A stretch of DNA of 63,947 nt, counting the filler, from Rhabdomonas costata (lineage: Eukaryota): assembly GCA_019059605.1 (NCBI GenBank). It is 57 parts of 57 records of this genome, joined end to end, with 100 filler letters (N's around TTAATTAATTAA, not from the genome) between each part and the next. Parts side by side here need not be neighbours in the genome. Positions count along the whole stretch, not along the records: positions 52,816 to 53,832 come from JAHMHO010032905.1; positions 53,933 to 54,955 come from JAHMHO010032906.1; positions 55,056 to 56,079 come from JAHMHO010032907.1; positions 56,180 to 57,203 come from JAHMHO010032908.1; positions 57,304 to 58,326 come from JAHMHO010032909.1; positions 58,427 to 59,450 come from JAHMHO010032910.1; positions 59,551 to 60,574 come from JAHMHO010032911.1; positions 60,675 to 61,698 come from JAHMHO010032912.1; 49 more parts are not named here. The stretch is one strand, 5' to 3'. Both the position numbers and the translations under genes were made by a program. Positions 52,816-63,947 of this stretch are shown in pieces. The stretch's first letter is position 1, and the number at the start of each line of letters is the position of its first letter. Under the pieces are notes generated by a model, which was not told the origin of the DNA, made no database searches, and worked only from the letters and a program-made list of their open reading frames with translations.

Positions 52816-53832
52816 TGGGGTGTGTTTGGTGGTGTTGGTGGATGAAGTGGGCGAGGTCTGAGCCCATCTCAGGGTGAAAGCTGAACACTCCGGGGTACCA
52901 CACCGGCGGTTGCGGGGCCGCCGCAGAGCCGTTGGGAGTGCTGGAGCCTTGGGGATCCTGAAGAGGGCGAGCCAGCAGGCGCTGCACCAGCTCGCAGGAA
53001 AAGTCGGCGGCCAAGCAGTGCAGCAGCTGAGCCACAACTTCCCGGGACACCGCTGGGGCTGTGAGGAGGAAACAGTCCGGGAATCATCATTACATTTCCG
53101 TGCAGTGTGTACCCATTGGCGGTCAAAGGATGTGAGGTCAGACATGGCTAGTACAGTGGAACTGCTGAAGACCTTGAAAGAAGTCCAATGTTGAAATGCA
53201 AGCAACCGATAGAACTCGCTCAGTCAATGTGGAATCAAAACATTGCCCGCCGCTCACTTCCTGTCCAAGGAGATTTACCTCGAAGTGTTCTAAAAAAATC
53301 AAGAATGCTGCATGCATGCATATATACATGGTGCATACATTCATACACGCAATAGCACGCAGATGTTTGCACGCAAGGTAGGGGCCCTGCTTACCCCGAA
53401 CCCACTGCAACCAGAAGTTCATGGTTCCCAGACAACCCCACCCGGAGTTCGGCCACAAGGTATGCGAGCTGATGCAGGGATGTGTGCAACGACTCAGGAA
53501 TCAGGGATGCTAACTGGAGCACTGCAGCGAAAGGCAGGGAGTCAATGAGTCTTCAATACCATCAGGAAGTGATTCATAAGCAGACAACACCCCGCAGCAC
53601 CGCAAGCACCTCGGCCGGTTGATAGGCAATAATAAGGAGGTACCAGCTCGCCATTCTCCATTCATCGCAAACCCGAAAAAATACCGGAACGGTGACAAAG
53701 ACGGAAAAGATAAAAAAGCAAACCGGAGGGTACCCCGCCCGCCAGAGCGAGAACCACGTCCACCACAACCTGGGCAGCAGCCTGAACGGCCTGGGGGTCC
53801 ACTTGGTCAGCCGTGTCGTACTCACCAATCCC
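52816..53832 (-). CDS. NCSTN: Nicastrin-like protein (gamma-secretase subunit), 2 partial exons
   Basis: YDTADQVDPQAVQAAAQVVVDVVLALA followed by VSREVVAQLLHCLAADFSCELVQRLL...PVWYPGVF. This resembles the plant/protist nicastrin segment (DD.snin...aA.vvar.ly.LA...V..LL.CL...SC.LV...Y.GV). Recognised from memory, not by search. Confidence 0.65.
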
Positions 53833-55339
53833 NNNNNNNNNNNNNNNNNNNNNNNNNNNNNNNNNNNNNNNNNNNNTTAATTAATTAANNNNNNNNNNNN
53901 NNNNNNNNNNNNNNNNNNNNNNNNNNNNNNNNCGAAAAATTAAAATCGTCGAATTTTTGCCCCGGAATTTTTCCATCGGATAGCCCACCCCCACAAACCT
54001 GGGGCTTGAAGGCCCTACGGAGGCTTGAAACGCCGACTACTTCGCGCAAAAAAAAAAGCTCAGAAAAAGTCTACACACACAGAACACACACACACACACG
54101 GACATTTTCCCGTTTTTCTCGTATCTAAACCCTACACTACACTACGTTTCGTTACGGGAAAAGAGCCGCCACCAACCATAATTCAAAGAGAAGGGTGTTT
54201 GAAAAAGATTGGCTTTCCTGTTCCTATTTGCGTGTGTTCTCATGTGCGCACGAGAAGGGGATGGGCATACCACAATCTGCTCTTGCCCGTTTTGCACCCT
54301 TGCCACTCGTAGCGGGGCAGGATGACTGTTCCGGCAGATGAGCCTCCATTCTTTGAAGCACAGAAATGACCAAACGAAAATCTTCCATGCCACATGCGCT
54401 GGGATTTTCGAAATCGACAGGTTAAGAAATTAGCCGTGCTTCAGCAAAAATACGGCAAGCTCGCGGTCCTAGAGAGCCTGGAGGCTGGGGACAACGCACC
54501 CTAACATAAGTTGAGATTAATGGTGCGGTTAGAGCAAGAGTTCTTGGCACAAAACCAGAACATCAAATAGCTACCAAAAACGACGATGGCGCGGCAAGGA
54601 TCTTGGGGTAAAACACAAAAAGGCACCAAGGTTCTCGTACCTGAGCGAAAAAGTCGCATCTCCAGCCCTAAAGGAGCAAGAAAGAGTTGCGGAGCTTCCA
54701 AAACAGAGGGGCTGTGAGAGCGGACAAGAAACACCGAATTGATCGCTGGAAATCACATCTGGCAACCGAGACTTGAAACAGCTGGAGGGAAACATCAGAG
54801 GTAAATGTACAGACGCCTATCCCGCCGGCAGGAAGCTGTGAATGCAGAGCCGTAACGCTGAATGGTTTGAAGGGGGGGGGGGGCACGTTGCACACCACAT
54901 ATGTACTTATTGAGTGCATTTCCCCATGTCCTTACGAAAAATAAAAAAACTGAGANNNNNNNNNNNNNNNNNNNNNNNNNNNNNNNNNNNNNNNNNNNNT
55001 TAATTAATTAANNNNNNNNNNNNNNNNNNNNNNNNNNNNNNNNNNNNNNNNNNNNGTTTTTTATGGCTTTTTTTATGGCTGCACTGCCCTTGCCACCCGC
55101 AAACACACACACACACACACACACAAATATATTTTGAATTTGGAGTCGGACCGACGGAAGCAGCCGTCGCTGGGTATAACGCCCATATGACACGAGGGTA
55201 CGATACGCAGAGGATGAGACCGGTTATACATCTATGTCCCAGCTCGTCGAACATAAGCGTGAACTTCACGGCCAGGAAAAGTAGTGCCAATATAGACTAG
55301 CCCAGATGTCGTTGCGAGGTCTTTAACAAATGCAGGTAC

Positions 55340-55560
55340 CGTTAATGATCTCGTCGATAGTCATCTCGGAGGTGGTCTCGTGGTCCTGGTCCTCGTAAAA
55401 CGAGACCCGGGAGATCGCCTCGGGCAGGGAACCCCGGCTGTCCGGGCTGCGGCCCATGGCGCTGCGAGCCCCGTCCGTCCGCGACGGCACAAACCGCAGC
55501 CCCTCCAGCAGGGCTGATCCACACGCGTCGTTCTGGAGGATCATGTGCCGGAAGAAAAAC
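55340..55560 (-). CDS. GSH1: Glutamate-cysteine ligase catalytic subunit, internal exon
   Basis: FFFRHMI...[variable insert]...EMTIDEIING matches the eukaryotic GCLC pattern FyFRk...MsideIiNG. CAG acceptor and GTACCT donor. Confidence 0.72.
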
Positions 55561-56232
55561 CTGAGCCGCACACAATGCACCCCTCACAAGGGTTGAATTA
55601 AGCATGAGGTTTACTTCCACCCGACCAATGCTCCCGCCTCCGTGGCCAGTGCTCTGGTCGCCCTTTCAGCATTGCGTACTTTATTGCACAATACCCCCAA
55701 GCGCAACGCCCAACATCGCTTGAGAATGAACACACTTGTCACCCTATGGAGGAGGTCAATTGGGGGGGGGGTGTCAAACGTTTACCAACACAAAAGAATC
55801 AACCAAGTAAAACTTTTCACGACGTCCCTGTGATCTCGAAGAGGTTCGCCAAACTGTGCCTACTATAAAAGCAGTAGTTTCACAACTACGGGGATGGGGG
55901 TCCTGTGCCGGTGTCCCACATGACTGTAATTTTGCTCCGGTGGAGAAAACGACGCCAGTTGAGCAATACAAAAAGCTGAACCCCCCTTCTCCAAAAAATA
56001 AAAATACACCCCCTTCCTACTGTCCTGACAGCAGCGCCCGTTTTCGCCACAGTTACAAAGTTGGTCGTTTTCAAAATGANNNNNNNNNNNNNNNNNNNNN
56101 NNNNNNNNNNNNNNNNNNNNNNNTTAATTAATTAANNNNNNNNNNNNNNNNNNNNNNNNNNNNNNNNNNNNNNNNNNNNGTGGTTTTGGTTATCTCTTAT
56201 TCAGTACAAGATGGGGTATGTTTTGATCTAAA

Positions 56233-57154
56233 ATGTTGGAGGATTCATTCGATTCGAGTGCGGGGGAATCGAGCCAAGGAACTGCCCCCCTGTGTCAATC
56301 CCAGAGGGAAGTTCCGACTTCTGGGGGACGAACCTACCTCCTGGAAAACCAGCTTATTGGCCGTGGCAGCTTTGGCTATGTCTATCCAGCGCAAGATAAG
56401 AGCACTGGGTATCCCGTAGTGATCAAGGAGGTCTCCTCTAGTCAAGTCGCTAGTGCAGCTTGGCGGGAGGTGCATGCTTTAATTGCGTTGTCTCCATTCG
56501 AGATGTATGGATATTCTGCATCCTGGGTGGGATTATCGCCACGTTTTTCTGCGGGTTCTTTCTCTCATCGCCATCGAAGAGACATAACAGAATTAACTCA
56601 GAACAGCAACAAGAGCGGAGGTCCCAGCAACGAGGTGGTGGAGCTTTCGTGTAGTCGACTGAGGTTAATGCTGAATAATTCAATCAGCACGGGCGTAAGG
56701 AACAACAAGCATTGTTGATAATTGAAGCCCTCTCTCTTTTCTTCCCCACTCCATGTCCGCCTTCTGTTCATTTTGCCTATGCAAACGTACCCATCTGCAT
56801 ATGCGCCAATGTTGCTGCCACAATCGTTCATTCCTATTCTCATTCTGTGTGCATCCAACCATGCGGAGTTTGTAGCTCCCCCTCTTCCGTGTTTCTCATC
56901 TTTGCTGGATTATTTGCCATCTACGGACTGTTCAACTGACGAGGTGTCTCAGGCAGCTCATTGCCCAAATTGCCCAGGTAGATGTCCTCACGCTGCTCCG
57001 GAACGGCCACACGCACATAGTGCTACTCTTCGACGTGTTGGAACTTGACGGCCGACTAATGCTGGTGATGGAGCGCTTGGAGCAGTCCTTGGATGTCGTT
57101 CGGCGGAGGGCAGGAAGGATCCATGTGAGGAACTGCCGGGACTATCTGAAGCAG
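56233..57154 (+). CDS. Ser/Thr protein kinase N-lobe, 2 exons
   Basis: Exon 56233-56469 (IGRGSFGYVY...VVIKE...WRE), intron 56470-56977, exon 56978-57154 (VDVLTLLRNGHTHIVLLFDV...LVMERLEQSL...YLKQ). Confidence 0.85.
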
Positions 57155-57660
57155 GTCCTCACATGGATCCTTCCTGCCCTCCGCCGAACGACATCCAAAA
57201 ACANNNNNNNNNNNNNNNNNNNNNNNNNNNNNNNNNNNNNNNNNNNNTTAATTAATTAANNNNNNNNNNNNNNNNNNNNNNNNNNNNNNNNNNNNNNNNN
57301 NNNGTGGGGCCAGATATGGATTCGATTAAGATGATACACAACCTCAAGCACCTGTTTTTGTCTGGGATGCTTCGTTCTCTTTTGGCTTGAATTGGCTTGC
57401 CTTCGCCTCGTATCGCTTATCTGATGCAATAATCACGCACATCCACTCTCGCTGTTGTTGGAGACTGGCGAGACTACAACTGCGTTCCCTTCGCACCCCT
57501 GTTGCCACGTCACCCCCCCCCCCCAGCTGTGTGCCGTGTGTACGAGATTAGCGCGTGGTCCCTGTAGAAGGGGGGTTTTGTTGTTTTTTCCTGCCCTCGA
57601 GCGCACTTCTCTCTCATTGCTATTTTTTGCGTGCCACCCTCCTTGTGTTCTTCTCGACAG

Positions 57661-57756
57661 GCTGTGAGGGTGTTTTCCTCGACTCCACCAATTCGTCGGT
57701 GTACATTGGTCCGGAGCCCTTGACCACGCCTTGGTACTACTACACAACCAGTGCTG
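57661..57756 (+). CDS. Putative small exon, unknown extracellular-type protein
   Basis: Long pyrimidine tract plus CAG, then CEGVFLDSTNSSVYIGPEPLTTPWYYYTTSA and G|GTGTGA. Confidence 0.3.
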
Positions 57757-58632
57757 GTGTGATCCCCCCCCCCTTTTTTTCGCAATCACGACAGAGCAGT
57801 GCTTTCCGCTCCCACCGGGGTTTTCGCTTCGCCCAACCTAAGTGAGTTGCTGTTGCCTTCTCGAATAGCTTCCAGTGAGGACCGAATTGGGTGATCGGGA
57901 TGAGGGCTTTCTTCTTCTTCTCTTCAAGTTCTTCTTCTAGCGACTAGGAGCCGCTACATCACAGGAGTGCTGCTCACGATGGAGACACACTCCCCACCGC
58001 TCTCCTCAGAAGTATATATAGGCAGGCAGCCCACCGGAACGCCGTTCCGTAGTAGTGCCCGAACCAACGGGCGCACCCACAAACTGAAAGCTGCCGGTAT
58101 CACCGCTTTTAGCTCCCCGCGCCGTCAACGGTGAAGGACAGAAGGGGAGCTGTGCAACGAAACCCGGGTAATCCCTTATCCCTCATCCCTACTCTGCGCA
58201 GCATTTTGCGAAAAAGATATTGCCTACTATTTCTATCCTCAGCAGATATGAATAGCCCCCCCCCGCACATTTGTATTACTCCCTAATATCCATGGTTTAC
58301 ACCACCCCAAACCAAACACACCCACANNNNNNNNNNNNNNNNNNNNNNNNNNNNNNNNNNNNNNNNNNNNTTAATTAATTAANNNNNNNNNNNNNNNNNN
58401 NNNNNNNNNNNNNNNNNNNNNNNNNNTGTGGGTGGTGACAGGACGACTATCGCTGTCTCAATGGTTGAGATGAAGCAAGACTGGAGCCCATCTGAGCGGC
58501 CCGTACCCGGCTGAAACAAATATCCGCAATAATCTTAAATACTAGCATGCGCTATCCGCAAAAATGTGCTTTCATCGACTTTTCTGCATTTGCAAACGAG
58601 CCGCTGGCTTTGTCCGCCCGCCCTTCTCCCAG

Positions 58633-59262
58633 AGCTGATATGTATGGCACTATCGCTGAGGGAGACTCCGGCAGCATGGGCTCCGCGTCGTTCAGCCCCG
58701 GGGCAGCGCGGGTGAACCTGGGGGTTTCCATGATGGGCACTTCCACCGCCGCCCCGAACCTCACCACGGGGCTCTCGCGCCGCACCGTCACCATGCTTCT
58801 GGTCGACATCAGGTGTGCGCCGAGTTTTCTTCACATGGTTAAACGTCAGGGTTGCCCTCCCTTCCCCCAAGGTGGAGAGAACTTGCGGGTGTGCAGGCGT
58901 TGCGTGCGAACAACACTATAAGGCCTACTATATATGCACTGATCCTTGGTGCGTTTTGTTGCTACCCCTCTTGGCCTGTCAAGTGAACCTATGCCATTTA
59001 TATAAGTTAATGGTAAAGTTGTTTGACTCGCTTGACGAACGAATTGATTGGGCGCAATCGGCCATGACATCTCTTAGCAGGATTCATTGCCTGAAACGTT
59101 TGCTGTGGTCCATTGCGTGGCTGCGGGTTGAAGGGGGTTTTTGGAGCACGTGGAGGAGCTCCAGGATGACCTCCCTGCGCTGGAGAGCTTTGTGATAAGC
59201 TTCCTGACCACCGTGATGGACGTGGTGAAGGCCCGAAAGGGCACTGTGGTGAGCTTCGACGG
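58633..59262 (+). CDS. Class III adenylate/guanylate cyclase catalytic domain, N-terminal part, 2 exons
   Basis: Exons 58633-58812 and 59134-59262 splice to RRTVTMLLVDIRGF...FLTTVMDVVKARKGTVVSFDG. The first metal-binding Asp is present; the second (GD) would fall in the next exon. Confidence 0.8.
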
Positions 59263-60048
59263 GTGTGGAGGACATACGGAGAGAGGCGGGGCATCAGCTG
59301 GCATAGGAATTGGCTTCCTCTTATCTTTTCTATGTGACATCTTCCGCGATTTGCTGCATCCACGTCGAGAGTTGGTCTTTGGAGGTTTGCTTCTGCACAG
59401 ATGAAGCGAAAAGCACGAGTTCAAGGGGCATGCCCCATTCAAACACCAACNNNNNNNNNNNNNNNNNNNNNNNNNNNNNNNNNNNNNNNNNNNNTTAATT
59501 AATTAANNNNNNNNNNNNNNNNNNNNNNNNNNNNNNNNNNNNNNNNNNNNCCTGGCCCCGTTCGGAGTGGGTTTGTTTTGTGTAAATACGTTGTGGGTGC
59601 TGTCGTAAACCCTCCGCTGCGCGGGGCAAGAAGCGGCACAAAAGGGATACCAGAGAGCCGCGCAAGGGCACCACAACCGGCCGAGGGTGAAATGTCAGAG
59701 AATTCTGACCCCAAGGACCGGCCACGCAGTTGTATATACAAAAGACCCAGGCCTGCTTCGGCTTAGTCCTCTGTTCATGGAATTTACTCTCATTTCCAAG
59801 TCTTTTTCCGAGGCTCTTTTCACGCGTGGTTGTGCAGCAGCCACACAGCACTACCTTCGACACCTTACCACACCCGTCGCACCACGGGACTAGCGCCTGC
59901 TTGCCTGGTTCTTAAACCTTCGCCCGGGATGCTGAATGAGAACACGCCTTCGATTCGACGCACTCACCCCTGGTGTCACGGCGGGATGATAGTGAATGTG
60001 AGTATGGTATTTTAGCATTGAGTGTCATTCTCCTTCCTCCTCTGTCAG

Positions 60049-60574
60049 CCCCCAAACCGAAAAGCGACGGTGTTTCCCTTCCGCCCTTGAACTCGCTCGT
60101 GGTCACCGCGGTTCCCTCTGCAACCCCCTCCATTACTGACACGACCACTCTCGAGGAGAGGGCTGGCTCTGCGCGAGTCGGCCCCCGAGGACACCCCAAC
60201 CTCCCTGGGCTGGTGCGGTTCTCCATGTGCCTCCCCGAAAACTTGCCTCCGCTTTCCCAAGATCTTTCAGAGGCTTCCCCGCTTCCAAGCCCTGATCAGC
60301 TCCACCCCCACTCCTCTGCACCTCGCCTTGCGCTGCTTTGCTCACAGCCACTGCGGCACTGCTCCATTGCCAACGCCTTCGACCGAGAGGCGCAGCTATG
60401 GAACGGGTCCTCGGGTAGCCTTCGCCTCTCCGACATGTCCCCCGCCCGCAGCACGGCGGTGCGGCTGACCGCCGCCCTAGAGTCCCACAGGGCCTCGCTG
60501 GGCAGCGTCCTGAACTTTCCCCGAGCCTGCAGCAGCCGAGTCATCACCATGTTGCTCAAGGCGTTGTCCTCCAC
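60049..60574 (+). CDS. Unknown protein, 2 putative exons
   Basis: Exon 60049-60212, GTGCGG...CACAG intron 60213-60347, exon from 60348 (PLRHCSIANAFDREAQLW...). Pyrimidine tracts favour the + strand. Confidence 0.35.
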
Positions 60575-60674
60575 NNNNNNNNNNNNNNNNNNNNNNNNNN
60601 NNNNNNNNNNNNNNNNNNTTAATTAATTAANNNNNNNNNNNNNNNNNNNNNNNNNNNNNNNNNNNNNNNNNNNN

Positions 60675-61407
60675 TGGTGTTGGTCAGACGAGCCACGTGC
60701 TGACGGCGGACTACCCGTACACCAGCGGCTCCACAGGCTTGACCGGGAGCTGTGTGTCGCCACATCACCACGTGGCTCGTCTGACCAGCGACATCATTTA
60801 CGCGCCGGACAGCCTGGACACCACGATCATGCAGCTGATCTACACGGTAATTGTGTACGTGTGTGGTTGTGTAAGTTTTGGATATGTGTGCCTACGTCAC
60901 AGGCCACAGGGGTTGCCACCGAATCCGCGAGAGACGAAAAGCGACGGAACTTCCAGGAATCGGGAAAGGACTGTGCTTCCTCCCCTCTCTTGACAGCCGT
61001 GTGTGGAACACGTGATGCGCCCAATGTCGGGTGAGCCGTTGTGCTTGGTACAAAAATGTTTTGCTTTGGGGGGACATGGGGGCTGAAGTGGGCCGGAATC
61101 TATAGAAGCTGTCTGAGTAGTGGGAGTATTTTGTTAAGAACTCCTGCGTTTTCCTGTCAAGCGACACACTCGCTTTCACGTTGAACACTACCCTTTGATG
61201 TTCTATATTCCGTTGGCTCTCCTTTCTTCTTTGTATTTATCAGTACCACTCTGTCGGTGTTGTACTTCAAGACGACGGCACCACTTTCGAGAACCTTCAG
61301 GCCAACACCGTGCTGACCCTGAAGGGTACCGCCTGGAACCACGCCGTGGTGCTGGTGGGGTACAACAGCATTGCTAACCCTCCGTACTGGATCCTCCGGA
61401 ACTCATG
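60675..61407 (+). CDS. Papain-family (C1A) cysteine protease, 2 exons
   Basis: DYPYTSG...C in the exon ending 60846. Exon 61244-61407 contains catalytic His and Asn motifs NHAVVLVGY and PYWILRNSW. Confidence 0.92.
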
Positions 61408-63104
61408 GTTCCTCACACTCATGCACATTTGCAAGCGGAAAGATATGGCTGACATTCAGATACCTGTACATTGGCGGACGCACCCCTTCGGGCTAAACAA
61501 TATGCCTGTATCCTAAAGAGTCAATAGCAGCAGACGTTTTGTGGTCATTTTACGAGACTTATATTCTTTTGCTGACGATCGGCTTGGATTCCATTTCAGT
61601 ACTGCACCACTGCAGATCTCTCTGAGCTTCTCCTCAATCTTTGAAGTTTTCTGCATTTGATGACCCTTTGGCCGAAAAACAAAGGGGAACAACCAACANN
61701 NNNNNNNNNNNNNNNNNNNNNNNNNNNNNNNNNNNNNNNNNNTTAATTAATTAANNNNNNNNNNNNNNNNNNNNNNNNNNNNNNNNNNNNNNNNNNNNTG
61801 GGTTGGGGTCGTCTTCCCACTGGATCGAATACCCTTAGGTGTTTGGAATGTAGCGCTAAAAAGCGGTGACAATAGGATAGGATAGAATAGAATAGGATAA
61901 TCCATTGACAATAGTGATAAACGGTGACGGAAGATCCATTTCAGGAACCGGGTTATCATCTGTACTACGACTTGGAGGAGATAATTGCGAATGGGGTGGG
62001 CAGTCCGAAACCTTGATGGGAGACCGTCCAATCGGGACCCGCGCCTTGATGGCCTAACACCACGGGCTAAATCCGGAATTCCAAAAACACCGATGCACGC
62101 AGTTGCTGTGTTCGGGTCGACCCTTGATCGGTTTTTCAGAGACAGATCGCAGGGACTCAACACAGACTGTATGGGGGTATTGGAGCAGAATTTGATATGA
62201 AAAGTGCCCTAAAATCGAGCATCATGCCCACACCAGCCTATTGACTTTGTGCACGCTTCACACCTAAACGTACCCACCCACCCGCTCGCTCGCTAGCTCA
62301 CCAACACCATCCAACAGATATCATTTTGCTCCCCCCACCCTCTCTCTCTACACATACCAACATGTCTTCGCATCCTCTTCCTCCCCTACCCTGTTTCAAG
62401 TGTCAGCCTTTTGCCATCCACGTTGTTTTCCCTTGCGTTTCTCCTTGTAAAATCTATCTGTTCTGTCGGACCCTGTGACTGCAAGAACCTTCCGGCGCAG
62501 TGCGGTGACTTTGTTCAGTTTCAAAAAACAGGCCACATGGGTCAAAATAGGACAAAAACAGTCCAAAATAAAGGGGAAACAAACCTAAGGGTCATTGTGA
62601 GTGAAGTTGACTATTTTAGAGACTCTTCATGAGATCCTATCATTTCGTCGGGGAAGCGGGAACGGGCGAGGTTTGTATGTGAGAACTCGAATTGTTGACC
62701 ATTTTTCCACCGGAGCAGGTGTGAACATGATAAAAAAAAGGGACGGAACTAGGCCAACCAAACGCAATGGGGGGGATAGTCGGACCACTGGGATCGGCAC
62801 CAGCTTGGGATGCCACACAAACCNNNNNNNNNNNNNNNNNNNNNNNNNNNNNNNNNNNNNNNNNNNNTTAATTAATTAANNNNNNNNNNNNNNNNNNNNN
62901 NNNNNNNNNNNNNNNNNNNNNNNTTGTGGGTGTCTCAAGGAAAGGTTTGAGATTTCACCAGGGCTCGAATTTTTGTGGTATGTATGCGGGTTCTCAGTTC
63001 CGGTCTTGTGTGGGTGCCTTTCGGAAGTGGGGTATTTGGGTTTATCATTTTTAGCTGGTTTCTGTGCAGCGTTGGGTGGTGTGGACTGTGGTTGTAGTGG
63101 TGGG

Positions 63105-63225
63105 GTTGGTGTCTGTGTCTGGGTCTGGGTCTGCGGCTGTGTCTGTGTCAAGGGGTGTGGTGTGGTGTACGGTGTGGGGTAGGGTGTCTGTGTCTGTGGT
63201 GTGGGGTGTTGTGGTGGGGTTGTGG
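63105..63225 (+). repeat. Degenerate (GTCTGK)n / GT-rich simple repeat
   Basis: gtgtctgtgtctgggtctgggtctgcggctgtgtctgtgtc followed by GGTGT-rich units. Confidence 0.7.
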
Positions 63226-63947
63226 CTGTTGGGTCTAAACCCCGAACTGCGGAACACAAACCTAACGTGGGTGGTGGAGGAGGTCGAGTTTCAATCTTGC
63301 ACCCTTGCTTGGCGCGTTGTTAACCGCCCGCGAAAGGGTGTTGTGGCCCCGAGGAGCAGTGAATTATTTGTGTGTGCCCTGTGGCGTATCTGTACCGTAT
63401 CTGTAAAATACCATTTATTCTGTGTTTCGGTTAGCAGGCGTTTGCAGGTGGTCCTTGGAACATCTAACACATCTGCATTGCCACCGTTGCCCAGGCAGGG
63501 GGATGCGCACGGGTACCTTTTCTTCTTTCGGTATGGAAGGATATTGCAGATCCGCCACCTGCAGGCGCTCCTCATGTGTTTCCAACACATGTTTTACTGC
63601 TTACCATCAACGTAGAGATCGTAAAGATTCCTTTTCAAAAAACCCAAAGGGAAACAAAGAAATGGAACCAAAACAAAGAAAAACAACATGGTCCCTTGGC
63701 GTAAACCTGTCCCAAAGCACCCAGCTGTCATAGAGCTGTCGTGCGAACTGCGCGCGTCTGCAGCAGCCGAATAAAATTGGGTGAACAGAAGAACATCGAG
63801 GGACCGCCAGTGAGTCGGATGTGAGAGGGCATTGTACAGCTGCCAACACGTTTTCGCCGGCACACCGATGCACCAGTTTTTATTGCTGAAGTCCGTAAAT
63901 TCAGGGAGCACACATGGAATTTGCTCTTCCGCGATTACCACAAACAA

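Noticed and set aside
43825..59262. PBP1, receiver, cyclase and kinases as a clustered signalling system
   Set aside because: They are on separate contigs whose order is artificial, so co-occurrence carries no linkage information.
60500..60574. Minus-strand VEDNALSNMVMTRLLQARG as the start of a receiver domain
   Set aside because: The rest of a receiver domain does not follow, and splice signals favour the plus strand. Not fully excluded.
42955..61413. C-rich donors (GTACCC, GTACCT, GTTCCT) as U12-type introns
   Set aside because: None matches RTATCCTT, and I saw no TCCTTAAC branch site where the 3' end is visible.

Overview
This is not a contiguous locus. It is 57 unrelated contigs of about 1.02 kb joined by 56 artificial 100-nt spacers (N-run + TTAATTAATTAA + N-run), so nothing can be inferred from neighbouring contigs. 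Most contigs start G/T-rich and end C/A-rich, and six end in fold-back inverted repeats, which points to primer-based whole-genome amplification. The DNA is from an intron-rich eukaryote with GC3-rich exons; a euglenid or other euglenozoan is my best guess (inference). By manual splicing I reconstructed partial genes for Vps23/TSG101, a WD40 protein, a Cav/Nav-type channel repeat, three protein kinases, two ankyrin proteins, malonyl-CoA decarboxylase, a cytochrome b5 domain, topoisomerase III beta, hexokinase, a receiver domain, a tandem PBP1 receptor ectodomain, an EGF-like protein, a DnaJ protein, nicastrin, glutamate-cysteine ligase, a class III cyclase and a papain-family protease. The most notable observations are: (i) splice donors that avoid GTRAGT and fall mostly into two classes, GTNYG and GTNCY; (ii) an AT-rich, tightly packed, decayed virus-like segment with a fibre-type repeat; and (iii) a likely GC-AG intron in nicastrin. 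I found no rRNA, tRNA, CRISPR array or confidently identifiable new multi-gene system.
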